Origin: Phyllobates terribilis | Lineage: Eukaryota | Assembly: GCF_046119375.1 (NCBI RefSeq) | Contig: NW_027362762.1 | Span: 329,344,001-329,408,000 of the forward strand | DNA length: 64,000 nt | Direction of reading: 5' to 3' | Made by a program: the position numbers and the translations under genes | Part shown: positions 25,411 through 39,572 of the stretch, piece by piece | How the letters are laid out: every line of letters begins with the position of its first letter | Position numbering within the stretch: the first letter of the stretch is position 1 | The notes under the pieces: model-generated | Told to the model about the DNA's origin: nothing | Seen by the model: only the letters and a program-made list of their open reading frames with translations | Database searches by the model: none

Positions 25411-25774
25411 TGCTGGTGCCTACACAGTATAACACTATGTGCATGCTGCCAGGCTCAGGCTGTGTCATTGTGCATGCTCAGACACCCAGGCGAAATTCAG
25501 GCAGCTCTCACTCTAGGCAAACGTGCACTGTCAATCAGAAGTGAAGGAAATGCTAATTGAGGTGGATGTATCTGTGCACTGAACCCTTGGCCATGCCATG
25601 GATGAACTGAAGCCCACTCATATGCATTTGAATTACACTGTACAATATAAATGTACAGGACTGGTATGGATTATTATATGGGTTAAGTCCCCATATCAAC
25701 TTTTTTTTAATATTTATTTTGAAGGTGACATTCTATTTAGCCATTTTTAGCTTCATCTTAGCTGTTATATTTAA

Positions 25775-26302
25775 AGCGAACCTGTCAGCAGGATATTGCT
25801 AAGTAAACTACAGGCATTGTCATGTTGAGGTTTCTGCACTGATTAATATGATAACCTGAGATGAAGAAATCCGTCTTGTGTAATCATTGTTTGCACTTTT
25901 GAGCTAATGTGATGCTTGTGCTCCGGGGAGGGACTGTAGGCAGGATCTTATCCTGGTGCTCTAGGCGAGATGAAGAAGAAAAGACCTGTCCACAGGCCGC
26001 CCCGAAGCACAAGTATGTTCCTCATCATAGAGACAGACCCATAGAGACAGATGGGGGCGGTCTGTGGGCAGGTCTTATCTTGCTGATCTGGCCTAGAGCA
26101 GCCTAGAGCACCAGGATAAGACCCTGCCTACAGTCCTGCATCGGAGCACGAGCATCTCATTAATTGAAAACTGCAAACACAGTGATTACACAAGAACCAC
26201 AAGACTGATTTCTTCACCTCAGGTATCATATTAATCAGTGCAGCAGCCCCAACATGACAATGCCTGTAGTTTACTTAGCAAAATGGTTCTGACAGGTTCG
26301 CT
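25775..26302. mobile_element. TTAA-target MITE (Kolobok/T2-like) with long inverted arms
   Basis: TTAA on both sides, perfect 14-bp TIR AGCGAACCTGTCAG, inverted arms extending over 200 bp. Confidence 0.88.
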
Positions 26303-26503
26303 TTAATTGCAAAAACTCAGTTTCCTTTTCTATTCTTTGATGGATAATCAGTTTGATATTAGGATTAGGACTTTTAAAAAAATTTACATTTAGAATCCCT
26401 AATGGTAATAATTGTAATAATTATGTCCTTCTCTTTGTTTTTTTTTCTGTTTGTTTTTTTGTTTCTTGAAAACATTTTATTAATTGTGGAATGTCTACCA
26501 CAG

Positions 26504-26574
26504 GACAAGACTTAAAAATGAAATGGCTCACTTAGACCAGCAGGGTGGTGGATCTCGATATATCATGGGATCAG
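26504..26574 (+). CDS. GTPBP6: GTPBP6 coding exon 5
   Basis: 71 nt; RTRLKNEMAHLDQQGGGSRYIMGS; ccacag acceptor and G|GTATGC donor. Confidence 0.95.
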
Positions 26575-27327
26575 GTATGCACACCCTAAATCATATATAT
26601 ATATTATCCTGCTGAAGGATTTAGTGTTTTTGTTGTTTTTTTCCAGCTTTTCCTCTTAACATAGCTACTTAGAGCTAGATAAGTAGCCACCGTTTTGGAG
26701 AACATATAGGCCTTGATTCAACATTTGTTCCTTTTTTTTTCTTTTTTTACCTTGTGGTATTCATTGTTTTTTTGCAGCAGATTCTTCAATAATGGTACAT
26801 GCAGTTCATGACTTTTGCTTAAACTAAAAATGGTGTTTTTATTTTTTCCTTCGCGTTAAAGTCGCACATTTTGCAAAATTTTGTGCAAAAATTGCACCAA
26901 AGTAATTGGCATACCTAAAAATCATTCCAAGGGGACTGGAGTACATTTGCAACTTGTTGCAAATCATGAATCGGGCAGGAACATCTGGAGACTCTCTAAA
27001 CTCAGCCGACAGTGGCAAAAAACTGGAGAATACATATGAAATAGACATAAAAAAGGCGCAAATGGAAAAATGAATACAGCGCAAACAAAACAGGCGCAAA
27101 TGCAATAGTGAATCGGGTCCAAAATGCCCTATATAACTTGAAATAATGTAAATATGTTACATGTTGATGTTATTATTTTGGGTCAGTATAGTTAGTGATG
27201 CCAGGTTTTTTGATCAATCAGTTCATGACAAGATAATTCCCCCTGGTAACACACACCTTTCCTTCCAGACCAGTCACATTTTCGAGTTGTAACATACCTT
27301 TAACTGCTCTTTAATTTTTTTTCTTAT

Positions 27328-27511
27328 NNNNNNNNNNNNNNNNNNNNNNNNNNNNNNNNNNNNNNNNNNNNNNNNNNNNNNNNNNNNNNNNNNNNNNNNN
27401 NNNNNNNNNNNNNNNNNNNNNNNNNNNNNNNNNNNNNNNNNNNNNNNNNNNNNNNNNNNNNNNNNNNNNNNNNNNNNNNNNNNNNNNNNNNNNNNNNNNN
27501 NNNNNNNNNNN
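27328..27511. other. Assembly gap (184 N)
   Basis: Run of n bases. Confidence 1.
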
Positions 27512-28021
27512 TTGGCTTTTGTTTTTAATTTCTACTTTTTTTTTTTTCTTTTTCTACTATGTTTGCTATTTTTATTTATTTTATTTTATACTCCATGCCC
27601 CGCATAAGATTTTGGGGTCATTTTAACATAACAATACATTCTTTTTTATGTTGATTTCTCCCTGTAGCTGTGGACAGTGTATTAGCTCTAGCTAAAAAAA
27701 AAAAAAACATTTCAGCCTCCTGGCTGCTTAACAAAGCTAGGAGATGAAAGCATGGTGAGTGCTTCCTAATCTGTATACACAGCTTCAGTTCTGTGTATAC
27801 AGAGACTGGGAAGGTAGACAAGGTAATAAACCTTGTTTATCTTCTGTCTGGGGAGTCTGGCTGTGTCTGACAGCCTGCTTCCCTCTTCCACAGCTACACA
27901 ATCTGGTGCTGGCTGCTTACACTGCATTTGTTTTAGAATGTCAGTGCAGGAATAAGAGGACTGCCCGGACATATAAAGTTTATGGGCAGTCCAGGAGCAG
28001 TTAAAAAAAAAAAAAAAATAC

Positions 28022-28390
28022 TTACTTTTCTTTATTGGGGGACACAGAAACCATGGGTTAAATCTGCTGACACTAACTATAGAGTAACATCAATCCGCTC
28101 TGTTACCTATCCTAATGAAAGTCAGGGAGCAGGGAAAACAGAAGTGATAAAAGGATAGTTCCCTAACCACGGCCAAGACAATTTTGAAACTCAGACCCAT
28201 GTCTGCCTCCGACATGACACTAAACTAAACTGATTGGTGCTGGTAGGCTGGGTAAAGCCTGCTGGGGAGGAGTTGACCTTTTTTGTTAAGGAGTATTTAG
28301 TGGCAGCAGAATTAACTCATGGTTTCTGTGTCCCCAAATGAAGGCTACGACAAAGAGATTTTACAATGAGTACCAAAAATATTCTTTTTT
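28022..28390. mobile_element. DIRS-like non-autonomous remnant
   Basis: 23-bp inverted repeat ggggacacagaaaccatgggtta (28038-28060) / taactcatggtttctgtgtcccc (28313-28335), followed by aatgaaggc...gattttacaatgagtaccaaaaat, resembling frog DIRS terminal repeats (from memory). Confidence 0.55.
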
Positions 28391-28708
28391 TTTTACTATG
28401 ATTACTGTAGTTTTTATCTGTACCATTTTGAGTCTATGCAATTTTTTTGTTTTTACTTTTGTTTTGTCAGATAGAATAAACAAAATGAAACTATTCTAGC
28501 CTTAAATTTTACACAACGATATAGAAGCACATACAGGTCACGGGCACTGATGTTGTTAAAACAAAGACCAAAAAACAATGGAATTGGATTTTTTTTCACC
28601 ATTTCCTCGCACTTTGGATCTTGTTTTCCTTTTTTCAGTACATTATATGGAAAAAAGAAAGGAATCATTCAAAACCATTCACCCGACAAAAAAACAAGCC
28701 TTTATATA

Positions 28709-30162
28709 CAGTCATGACTGTAAGTGTTCCAGAAAATTACCCATTTCTCCCAGAAAATGGTTGCAATTACACAAGTTTTGTTATACACACGTTTTATTTC
28801 CTTTTGTTGTATTGGAACAACACAAAAAAAGGCAAATTGGTCAGAATTTCACAAAATTCTGACCAATTTCAGAATTTCAACTTAATATGTGGTTGCACAC
28901 CCTTTGGAATAAACAACTGTAATAAATCGCTTCCTACACCTCTCAACTGGAATTTTGGACCACTTTTCTTTTGAAAACTGCTCCTGGTCTCTCATATTTG
29001 AAGGGTGCCTTCTCGCAACAGCAATTTTAATATCTCTCCACAGGTGTTCAATGGGATTTAGATCCGGACTCATTGCTGGCCTCTTCGGAACTCTCCATCG
29101 CTTTGTTTCAATCCATTTCTGGGTGCTTCTTGAAGTATGTGTAGGATCATTGTCCTCCTGGAAAACCCATGACTTGGGATGCAAACCCAGCTTTCTGACA
29201 CTGGGCACTACATTACCACCCAAAATCCTTTGGTAATCTTCAGATTTTATGATGCCTTGCACACAGTCAAGGCACCCAGTGCCAGAGGCAGCAAAACAAC
29301 CCTAAAACATCTTTGAACCTCCACCATATTTGACTGTAGGTACAGTGTGTTTTTTTTTTTTTTTTTTTTGTAGGCCTCATTTCTTTTTCGGTAAACTGTT
29401 GAATTATATGTTTTCCCAGAAGGATTTTGGCTTACTCATGTACATTTTGGCAAACTGCAGGCTAGCTTTTTTATGTCTGTGTCAGCAGTGGGGTCCTCCT
29501 AGGTCTTCTGCCATAGTATTTCATTTCTATCAAATGTCAACGGATAGCTTGCGCTGACACTGATGCACCCTGAGCCAGCAGAACAGCTTGAATTTCTTTG
29601 GAACTTGATTGGGGCTGCTTATTCACCATCCGGACTATCCTGCATTGCAACCTTTCTTAAATTTTTCTCTGCCGTCCAGGGAGATAAGCAACAGTGCCAT
29701 CGGTTTTAAAGTTCTTGATTCTGTTGCGCACCATGGACAAAGGAGCATCAATATCTCTGGAGATGGACTTGTAAACTTGAGATTGTTATTATTGTTCAGC
29801 AATTTATTTTCTCTTCCTCTTTCTGTTCGCCGCTCTTAATGTGGCACACACTGACACTCAATGCAATGATTGAGTCAACTTCTCCCCTTTTTATCTGGTT
29901 TCAGGTGTGATTTTCATATTGCCCTCACCTTTTACTTGCCACAGGTAAGTTTGAACGAGCATCACGTGCCAACAATTTTGTCCGGCACATTTTCAGGGTT
30001 TTGTGTGAAATTATGTCCAATTTTTTTTTTTTTTTTTTTGTTCCTATACACACAAAGGAAATAAACGTGTATAACAAAACGTGTAACTGCAATAATTTTC
30101 TGGAAGAAATGCTTCATTTTCTGGAACAACTTCAAGAGTGCCAACACTTTCGGACATGACTG
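28709..30162 (-). mobile_element. Degenerate Tc1 element (IR-DR type, DD34E family) in GTPBP6 intron 5
   Basis: TA flanks, CAGTCATG termini with long imperfect TIRs; transposase fragments including FQEDNDPTH...[11 protein letters not shown] (ORF 28882-29262), multiple lesions. Confidence 0.92.
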
Positions 30163-30307
30163 TAGCCTTTTAGGTGCAAAGATAAGTTTTGATTCTTGCA
30201 AGAAGGATATTAAGGGGTTAATGGACCTTATTCTGCAATTTATATTGATCAGTAATTGCTTATTAATTTAAATGGATTATTTCAATATTGATATTTTTTC
30301 TGTTAAG

Positions 30308-30466
30308 GTGAAACCTTCATTGAGATCCAGCAGAGGCTTTTAAAAGAAAGAGAAATGAGGATTAAAAAAGCTTTGGATAAGTTGAGGAATAAGAGAAAAC
30401 TACTAAGAACCCAGCGCAGACGACGAGAGTTTCCAGTTATCTCTGTAATGGGCTACACCAACTCCG
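30308..30466 (+). CDS. GTPBP6: GTPBP6 coding exon 6
   Basis: 159 nt; GETFIEIQQRLLKEREMRIKKALDKLRNKRKLLRTQRRRREFPVISVMGYTNS; start of the G1 P-loop. Confidence 0.97.
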
Positions 30467-30575
30467 GTCAGTGTAGTAATTGTTCTGTCTGATGCCAGCA
30501 TGAGCCAGGTGTACAGTACTGATGATGTATGTATTAAAAAAATGTCTTTTAAAACCTGAGTGTATGTAATTACAG

Positions 30576-30784
30576 GAAAAACAACATTAATACAAGCACT
30601 TACAGGAGATGCAACCTTACATCCACGAAACCAGCTCTTTGCCACCCTTGATGTCACCGCACACGGTGGATTACTTCCTTGTCGTATGCCAGTGATTTAT
30701 GTGGACACTATTGGATTTCTGTCTCAACTCCCCCACAATTTGATAGAGTCCTTTTCTGCCACATTGGAGGATGTTATCCATTCA
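30576..30784 (+). CDS. GTPBP6: GTPBP6 coding exon 7
   Basis: 209 nt; GKTTLIQALTG...LFATLDVT (G2)...DTIGF (G3)...ATLEDVIHS; GTAAGT donor. Confidence 0.98.
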
Positions 30785-31610
30785 GTAAGTCTCGTATTCG
30801 TAGACCTTAGTCCAGCACTGGCACCTCCAGATCTTCGAAAAGCCTTTTAATGAAAAGGGATTTAGAAAGTGGACAACCCTTGTAACAATAGGGTAAAAGC
30901 CATGTCTTAGTCATATTTTAATGGCTTTTTTATTTTTTATGTTCAGCAAAGAGCAATACTATGCATTTTATTAAAATGGCTTTGCGTAGTCATTTCAGCC
31001 ATTGGACTAACTATCTCCAAATTTAAGCAGATCTTCAAAAATTTTGATGGTTGTGCTTAGAGATAATCAAAAAGATTAGCAGTAACCTGGTCCAGTGGCC
31101 AGCGTACATCCTGCTACCTGCAGGAATCCCCAGAGCCTATTCTGAATAGTGGGTCCAGTGTGACGCCATACATTCTTTGCATCGGGCCTACGAATTAGAA
31201 GAGGCGCCCGAGATTCCTGCAGATAGGAGGTTCGCAGTGGCTCTGGTCTAGCAGCCACGTTGGTAGTCCATGGCTGCTGGACCAGAGCTGCTGTGAACCT
31301 CCCCCCGGCAGGTCCTCCAAAACTTTTTGATCATCTCTAGAACTGCCATAAATTTGTAATGTATAAATCAACAGGAATTCCTCCTCATAAATTTCCATTA
31401 ATCTAAACATCTGATGTATCACAATTTTACATTATGCTATCATTTGGAATTCCATCTTTTATATAAATTTTTAAATCCCAAGGGTTATAAACGACTATCA
31501 AATGTAATAATTGACCATTTTCACTACCTCATCTAGATAGTCCATACTTGTTCTGTTTTCAGCATGTCTTGATCTTTTTTTTTTTTTTTTTTTTTCTTTT
31601 AACATATCAG

Positions 31611-31759
31611 GATTTATTAATTCATGTAAGAGATATTAGCCACCCGGAAGCTGACAATCAGAAGAAAAGTGTGCTTTCTGTTCTCCAGAACTTGAAGGTT
31701 CCACAGCAACTCCTTGAAACCATGATAGAGGTGCATAACAAAATTGATTTAATTGAAAT
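31611..31759 (+). CDS. GTPBP6: GTPBP6 coding exon 8
   Basis: 149 nt; DLLIHVRDISHPE...MIEVHNKIDLIE (G4 NKID); GTAAGT donor. Confidence 0.98.
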
Positions 31760-31876
31760 GTAAGTTCACTGTTTTCAGCTTGCATATGAAATTAAAAAGT
31801 TTATTATTTCTTTTTGTAAAATATCAGAACAATTCTTTTTGCATCTGTGCACAATATTTAAAGGGGTTGTCTTGTG

Positions 31877-32403
31877 TGTGGTAAAGCGACTTGCTCAGCC
31901 CTCCGGAGGTAGATACAGGACAAACGGTTCAGGTAAAACTTCCTGCGGGTTTATTATGCGGCATAAACTCCAGCAGGGTCCCATAAAAAATAAACAGGCC
32001 CTCTTGGGGTTAACGGGAAAACAAAAGAGAAAGTACAACAGAGTCTATTAGCAAGCAAGGCTCTGCCTGCTCCAGGTAGCACAGCGAAGTCTTCAGCAAC
32101 ACCATTCCTCCGGTGTTGCTCTCTGGCTTCAGCCCAACACAGCCTGGAGACTTCCTTCTCCAAGCCACACACCACCCAGAGCAAACTACTGACTATTTAC
32201 CCTTCTCAGCCACACCCTGAGGTGAGGTAGGGGAATGGCCTCCCACCCTTTTTACCATTCCCATAAAACCGCACACCCTTTAAGAGAGTTAACCCCCAGC
32301 ATATAACATGCTGGCAGAAATGTAGTAGGTTTCAGTTCACACAGGGGAGCAACCTGAGTGACACATACCTCCCCTCGTATATCATACCAGTGACTTTGTC
32401 ACA
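31877..32403. mobile_element. Solo LTR (527 bp) inserted into a TTAA-type MITE
   Basis: TG...CA ends with imperfect terminal IR TGTGGTAAAG / CTTTGTCACA; 4-bp TSD TGTG (31873-31876 and 32404-32407); contains AATAAA-type motifs. Confidence 0.82.
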
Positions 32404-33158
32404 TGTGAAAACAAGTTCTTCCATATCCAATAGATGATAACTTGTTGATTGGTGGGGGTCTGACCACTGGGACCTGCACAGATGAATGGAGTACATTTAC
32501 CTCTGTTAGACTGGAGCAACCATGTTCATGCTCAGCCGCTGGTCCATTGATTCTCTATAGGGCTGCCTAAATCTGCACTCTGCTTTTTCCGGCAGCCCCA
32601 TAGAAGAAGAAGAATGGAGTCGTGGATGGGTATCCGACCTGCCAGTCCTATTTTGTAATGCAGATCAAAAAGCCCAGTCGGGGGTTAAAAATTCTCCATT
32701 CTGCCGATTTGATGCGGGTCCTAGCGGTCAGACCGCCACTGATTAGTAAGTTATCACCTATCCTGTGGATAGGTACTAACTTGGTTTCAATGGAAAGGCC
32801 TTTTAATGACTTGCTTATTTTCCTTCCATTACATCAGGGATTCTGTTATTTTGACACCAAGAATATTGTAGATTGAATTGCTACTCTTGCCATATTGTTG
32901 ATGCAATCACCATTCTTGCCAGATAGTATTCTGAATCTTTACTCTTGTCATCAAAAACATTTGAAACATGAATGACCCCATCAGTCGGACTGGGGTGTCC
33001 AGGGCCCACCAGAAGAAGTAACTATAAGGGCCCACCCTATCATTGTAAGCAAATAAGTCCAGTTAATCTTCAGGGCGCAGCATTCTCAGAGCTGTAACTT
33101 TTCCCCTTGACCTATTAGGGCTTATAGCTTCTATAGACTCCATTTTGGAATACTTCCC

Positions 33159-33208
<50 letters not shown>

Positions 33209-33992
33209 GTAAATGTAATTATTTTTGGGGAAAGGCATGAGATAAAAAAAAATGTGTGTGTATATGTGTATACATACATTTATTTTTATATCCTGCATTG
33301 AGCATACAACTAAGATAAGCTAACAGAACATGGCTCCAGTGCATGTAAAGGGAACCTGTAACTCTATTCATGCTGCCCAAACCATGGCAGCAGGAATCGG
33401 GCTGCAGCCTGCTATGTTTTTCTCTGAAATGTCAGAGTTAAAAAGCTTCTTTTTGGAGGGTATGGCATAGTGAGAAAAGCATGTGAGAGCGAGAAAAGAG
33501 GACATGGGACATAAAAGGCACCAAACACCGAATAATTCAATAGGTACGCAATATCGTGAAAAATTCATACAAAATTTATTATTGTTCTCAGGACATTAGA
33601 CACGAACATTAAAAAACATATAGGACAGAAAAAAAACAAATAAACAAAAAAAGAGAAGAAATCCCCTTGCAGAAAATAACATATCAATATAATCTGAAAT
33701 AGTGAATAATTGATATGTGCAGAGTAGTCAATAATTGTGGTACATAATTTTAAATCCACCTAGTATAAGTATAATAACATGATTTAAATAGAACAATCAA
33801 TAAAAAAGCATGATTTGCAAATAACCTCCAGACCCACTCTATATCTAATAGTTCATACACAGTTCTCACAAGGAGAATATCCTATATATAGAGTATATCC
33901 TAGAGAGAAGAGTGGTACCAGAATAGGGAATAAATATAAAAGTACCAACAATGTATATGCACAGATAAAAAGGAGATGTCAATAATACAAAA

Positions 33993-34028
33993 CCTACGCG
34001 TTACGCCATATGATTATGGCTTCCTCAA
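33993..34028 (-). ncRNA. Degenerate minimal type-I hammerhead ribozyme motif of Penelope-like element type (probably inactive)
   Basis: Minus strand reads TTGAGGA-A-GCCATA ATCA TATGGC-GTAA-CGCGT-A. Stem II is a perfect 6 bp and stem III has the palindromic ACGCGT, but the core carries two changes from CTGANGA/GAAA. Confidence 0.45.
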
Positions 34029-34413
34029 ACTGTCAATCAAGTAGGACTGCAGCTTGTATTGTTTACTGTTTGTGGTTTTTTTTTTGTTTTTTTCGTCACA
34101 ATGTTTGTAGAAGAACAACAAAAACCAAAATGTCAGTAATTCTTTGTTTTGTTCAATAAAAATGATCTGATTGAAAAAATAGGAGTGCAATGTTCCCCAG
34201 CAAGCAGGAAGTCTCCTGGGAAGTGGTGCATGGGGCGAACTCTTTAGAAAAAATTGAAAGACCTTAATCAATAAGCTAGCAAGTTGTTTATTGCTAATGG
34301 ACGCACTTTAACAAATACATCTTCAATGTAATTATTTTTAGCACCCACACTTGCTCCAAATACTATATAGGACCCCAGTCTCTAACATTTCATGGGCAAT
34401 TTTTTTCTACATG

Positions 34414-36038
<1,625 letters not shown>

Positions 36039-38004
36039 TATGACAGCATGGTTTTACAATACCTACATCTAGCCATGAAGGCATGCTCTCTCTTATGCAA
36101 AAGTGTGCCTGTCTGCACAAAGTTATCACACACGCACATACACTTTGAAAGCTTGCATGATCTTACATGCTTCCACACCCACAGGAATGCTTTTAGACTT
36201 TTTGTAGAAACCTAGACATGCATTTACACACCCCTCTATATACAAATGCACATTTTTATACATCTTCTTCTACACATGTAAGCATACATTCACGCTACTG
36301 CACATATTACGCACGTGTGTGTGTATATTCCTTACCTGCTGAAGATGGTCTTCATCTGGAAGATATAATGTGACTTTTGCATGTTCTGATTTTCCCCGAA
36401 AATAGCAGTAAAATATTGCATCTGTTTGCAGCGATTTTGTGAAAATCGGAACATGTGAACACAGCCTTACTTCACCAGGATTGCTGCATCTTGCAGCCCT
36501 TGGGCAAACATTCTCCCTATAATTAAAGGTTTGGGGTCCATGGAAGGAGTGAGAGAGGCCCCTTTGTGCTGACTCTAGGACAAAGTAATCACAGCAAGTG
36601 CTTCTGTGTCGTTCAGGGGATGGGGTTTACTGGCAGATCATGGTGGAAGCTTGTTCCTTCAGGGGATTCATTGGCTTTCTAGTGGGCCAGTCCAAGCCTG
36701 TACCTCATCATGAATCTATTGGGATCCTTTTTAAAAGGATCTGTCATAGAGTTCATGGCTCCATTAAGAATGCCATGAACATGATGTGAGCATAGCCTCA
36801 AGCTGGCCATACACATGTGATAACTATCGACCAAAGTTTTTTTTCAGCAGACAACTCTCTCCCAACTTCCCCATAAACACGGGTGCTCAGTTTGTCTGAC
36901 TCTTCTGGCAGCGGTTTGTCTCCCATGAAAACCACTACATAGAACGTTTGAAATTCCAACATTATATGGATTCTGTGTTGCTGCATCAATCCACCTCACA
37001 GTTCAGAGGAGCAACAGCAAAAGAAAACCACTGTGCTTTTAACGCCTTATATTCGGAGAAGAAGAGGGTGGAGTGTGTCTCACTAATCACCATCTTATAG
37101 TTCCGACTTGATGTAGAAATACCAGCAGGTTGTTCTGTGTCCCTACTGGTGATGTCCTTGAAGAAATCCTCAGTTGTTTGTGCAAATAACTTTGGATCCT
37201 GAATTCCTCTTGAAATAAGTGAGCATCGAACATCTAGTTGATTAAAAAAGCAGAGTGAAAATCCACCAAATTGCACACCGGAGTAACAAATGTTTATTAA
37301 GTTATAACTAGTGATTAACTCAAGTGCTCATAACTCGAGTTTGCATTGAGGTGCTCAGGTATGCACGGAGTATCGCGGGTGCTCAAGTGACATGTTCGAG
37401 TCCCCATGCCCACGTGTTTCGCGGCTGTTAGACAGTCACAAAACATGCGGGGATAATAGAGTGCTCCTGCCTCATGCCACTGTCGGGGTGAAAAGGTCAT
37501 TAATGTAATAGGGTGTTTTGAGTTGCATGCCCCTCATCAGTGCAAAGCCAGAGGTGTGATTTGGCTGGGTGAGGGGCCACTGACAGGTGGTGTAAGGAGG
37601 AACGTTTATGCTTGTTCAGCACCAAGTCATTGCAATGCTCCTATGGGAATTTAAATATGTGACTAGCCTCTTTAAAGTGGAAGAGGACTTGATCTCTTGT
37701 GCCATCTATTGGATGTAACAATACTAAACAACCAATCCAAACCAAAATCTCCATTTGCAGCAGAAATTCTTATAAAAATTTGACCATAAATAAAACATAA
37801 CAAAAAAAACTGATGCGAATCTATATAGTCACATGCATAAATATCACATATATATTGCAACGCCTCCATATAAAGATTGCCCCTACATCCATAGATGTGA
37901 AATCGCTATTAGGTGTGAACAGGATAGAATGGAGCTAATGCAGAAATACTGATGACTATGATTGAAACACTAACTATGTGCTACAAAATCTATATAATCA
38001 CATA

Positions 38005-39572
38005 CAGTCATGGCCAAAAGTTTTGAGAATGACACCAAAATGATATTTTCACATGATCTGCTGGCCTCTGGTTTTTATTAGTGTTTGTCTGATGTTTATA
38101 TCACATACAGAAATATAATTGCAATCATATTATGAGTACCAATAGGTTATATTGACAGTTAGAATGAGTTAATGCAGCAAGTCAATATTTGCAGTGTTGC
38201 CCCTTCTTCTTCAAGACCTCTGTAATTCTCCCTGGCATGCTCTCAATCAACTTTTGGACCAAATCCTGACTGATAGCAGTCCATTCTTGCATAATCAATG
38301 CTTGCATTTTGCCAGAATTTGTTGGTTTTTGTTTGTCCACCCGTCTCTTGATGATTGACCACAAGTTCTCAATGGGATTAAGATCTGGGGAGTTTCCAGG
38401 CCATGGACCCAAAATCTCTGTTTTGTTCCATGAGCCATTTAGTTATCACCTTTGCTTTATGGCAAGGTGCTCCATCATGCTGGAAAAGGCATTGTTGGGC
38501 GCCAAACTGCTCTTGGACGGTTGGGAGAAGTTGCTTTTGGAGGACATTCCGGTACCATTCTTTATTCATGGCTGTGTTTTTAGGCAAGACTGTGAGTGAG
38601 CCGATTCCCTTGGCTGAGAAGCAACCCCACACATGAATGGTTTCAGGATGCTTTACAGTTGGCATGAGACAAGACTGGTGGTAGCGCTCACCTCTTCTTC
38701 TCCGAATAAGCTGTTTTCCAGATGTCCCAAACAATCGAAAAGGGGATTCATCAGAGAAAATGACTTTGCCCCAGTCCTCAGCACTCCACTCCCTGTGCCT
38801 TTTGCAGAATATCATTCGGTCCCTGATGTTTTTTCTGGAGAGAAGTGGCTTCTTTGCTGCCCTCCTTGAAACCAGCCCTTGCTCAAAGAGTCTCCGCCTC
38901 ACAGTGCGTGCAGAAGCACTCACACCAGCCTGCTGCCATTCCTGAGCAAGCTCGGCACTGCTGGTAGTCCGATCCCGCAGCTGAAACCTTTTTAAGAAAC
39001 GGTCCTGGCGCTTGCTGGTCTTTCTTGGGCGCCCTGGAGCCTTTTTGACAACAATGGAAGCTCTCTCCTTGAAGTTCTTGATGATGCGATAGATTGTTGA
39101 CTGAGGTGCAATCTTTGTAGCTGCGATACTCTTCCCTGTTACGCCATTTTTGTGCAGTGCAATGATGGTTGCACGTGTTTCTTTAGAGATAACCATGGTT
39201 AACTGAAGAGAAACAATGATACCAAGAACCAGCCTCCTTTTAAAGTGTCCAGTGATGTCATTCTTACTTAATCATGACTGATTGATTGCCAGCCCTGTCC
39301 TCATCAACACCCACACCTGTGTTAATGGATCAATCACTAAAACGATGTTAGCTGCTCCTTTTAAGGCAGGACTGCAATGATGTTGAAATGTGTTTTGGGG
39401 GTTAAAGTTCATTTTCTGGGCAAATATTGACTTTGCAAGTACAGTAATTGCTGTTAAGCTGATCACTCTTTGACATTCAGGAGTATATGCAAATTGCCAT
39501 TACAAAAAATGAAGCAGTAAACTTTGGAAAAATTACTATTTGTCTCATTCTCAATACCTTTGGCCATGACTG
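38005..39572 (-). mobile_element. Near-intact Tc1-family transposon, probable DD35E type, in GTPBP6 intron 8
   Basis: TA TSDs, short TIR CAGTCATGGCCAAA; ORFs 39196-38378 and 38412-38182 join across one frameshift near 38420; motifs [29 protein letters not shown]. Confidence 0.94.
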
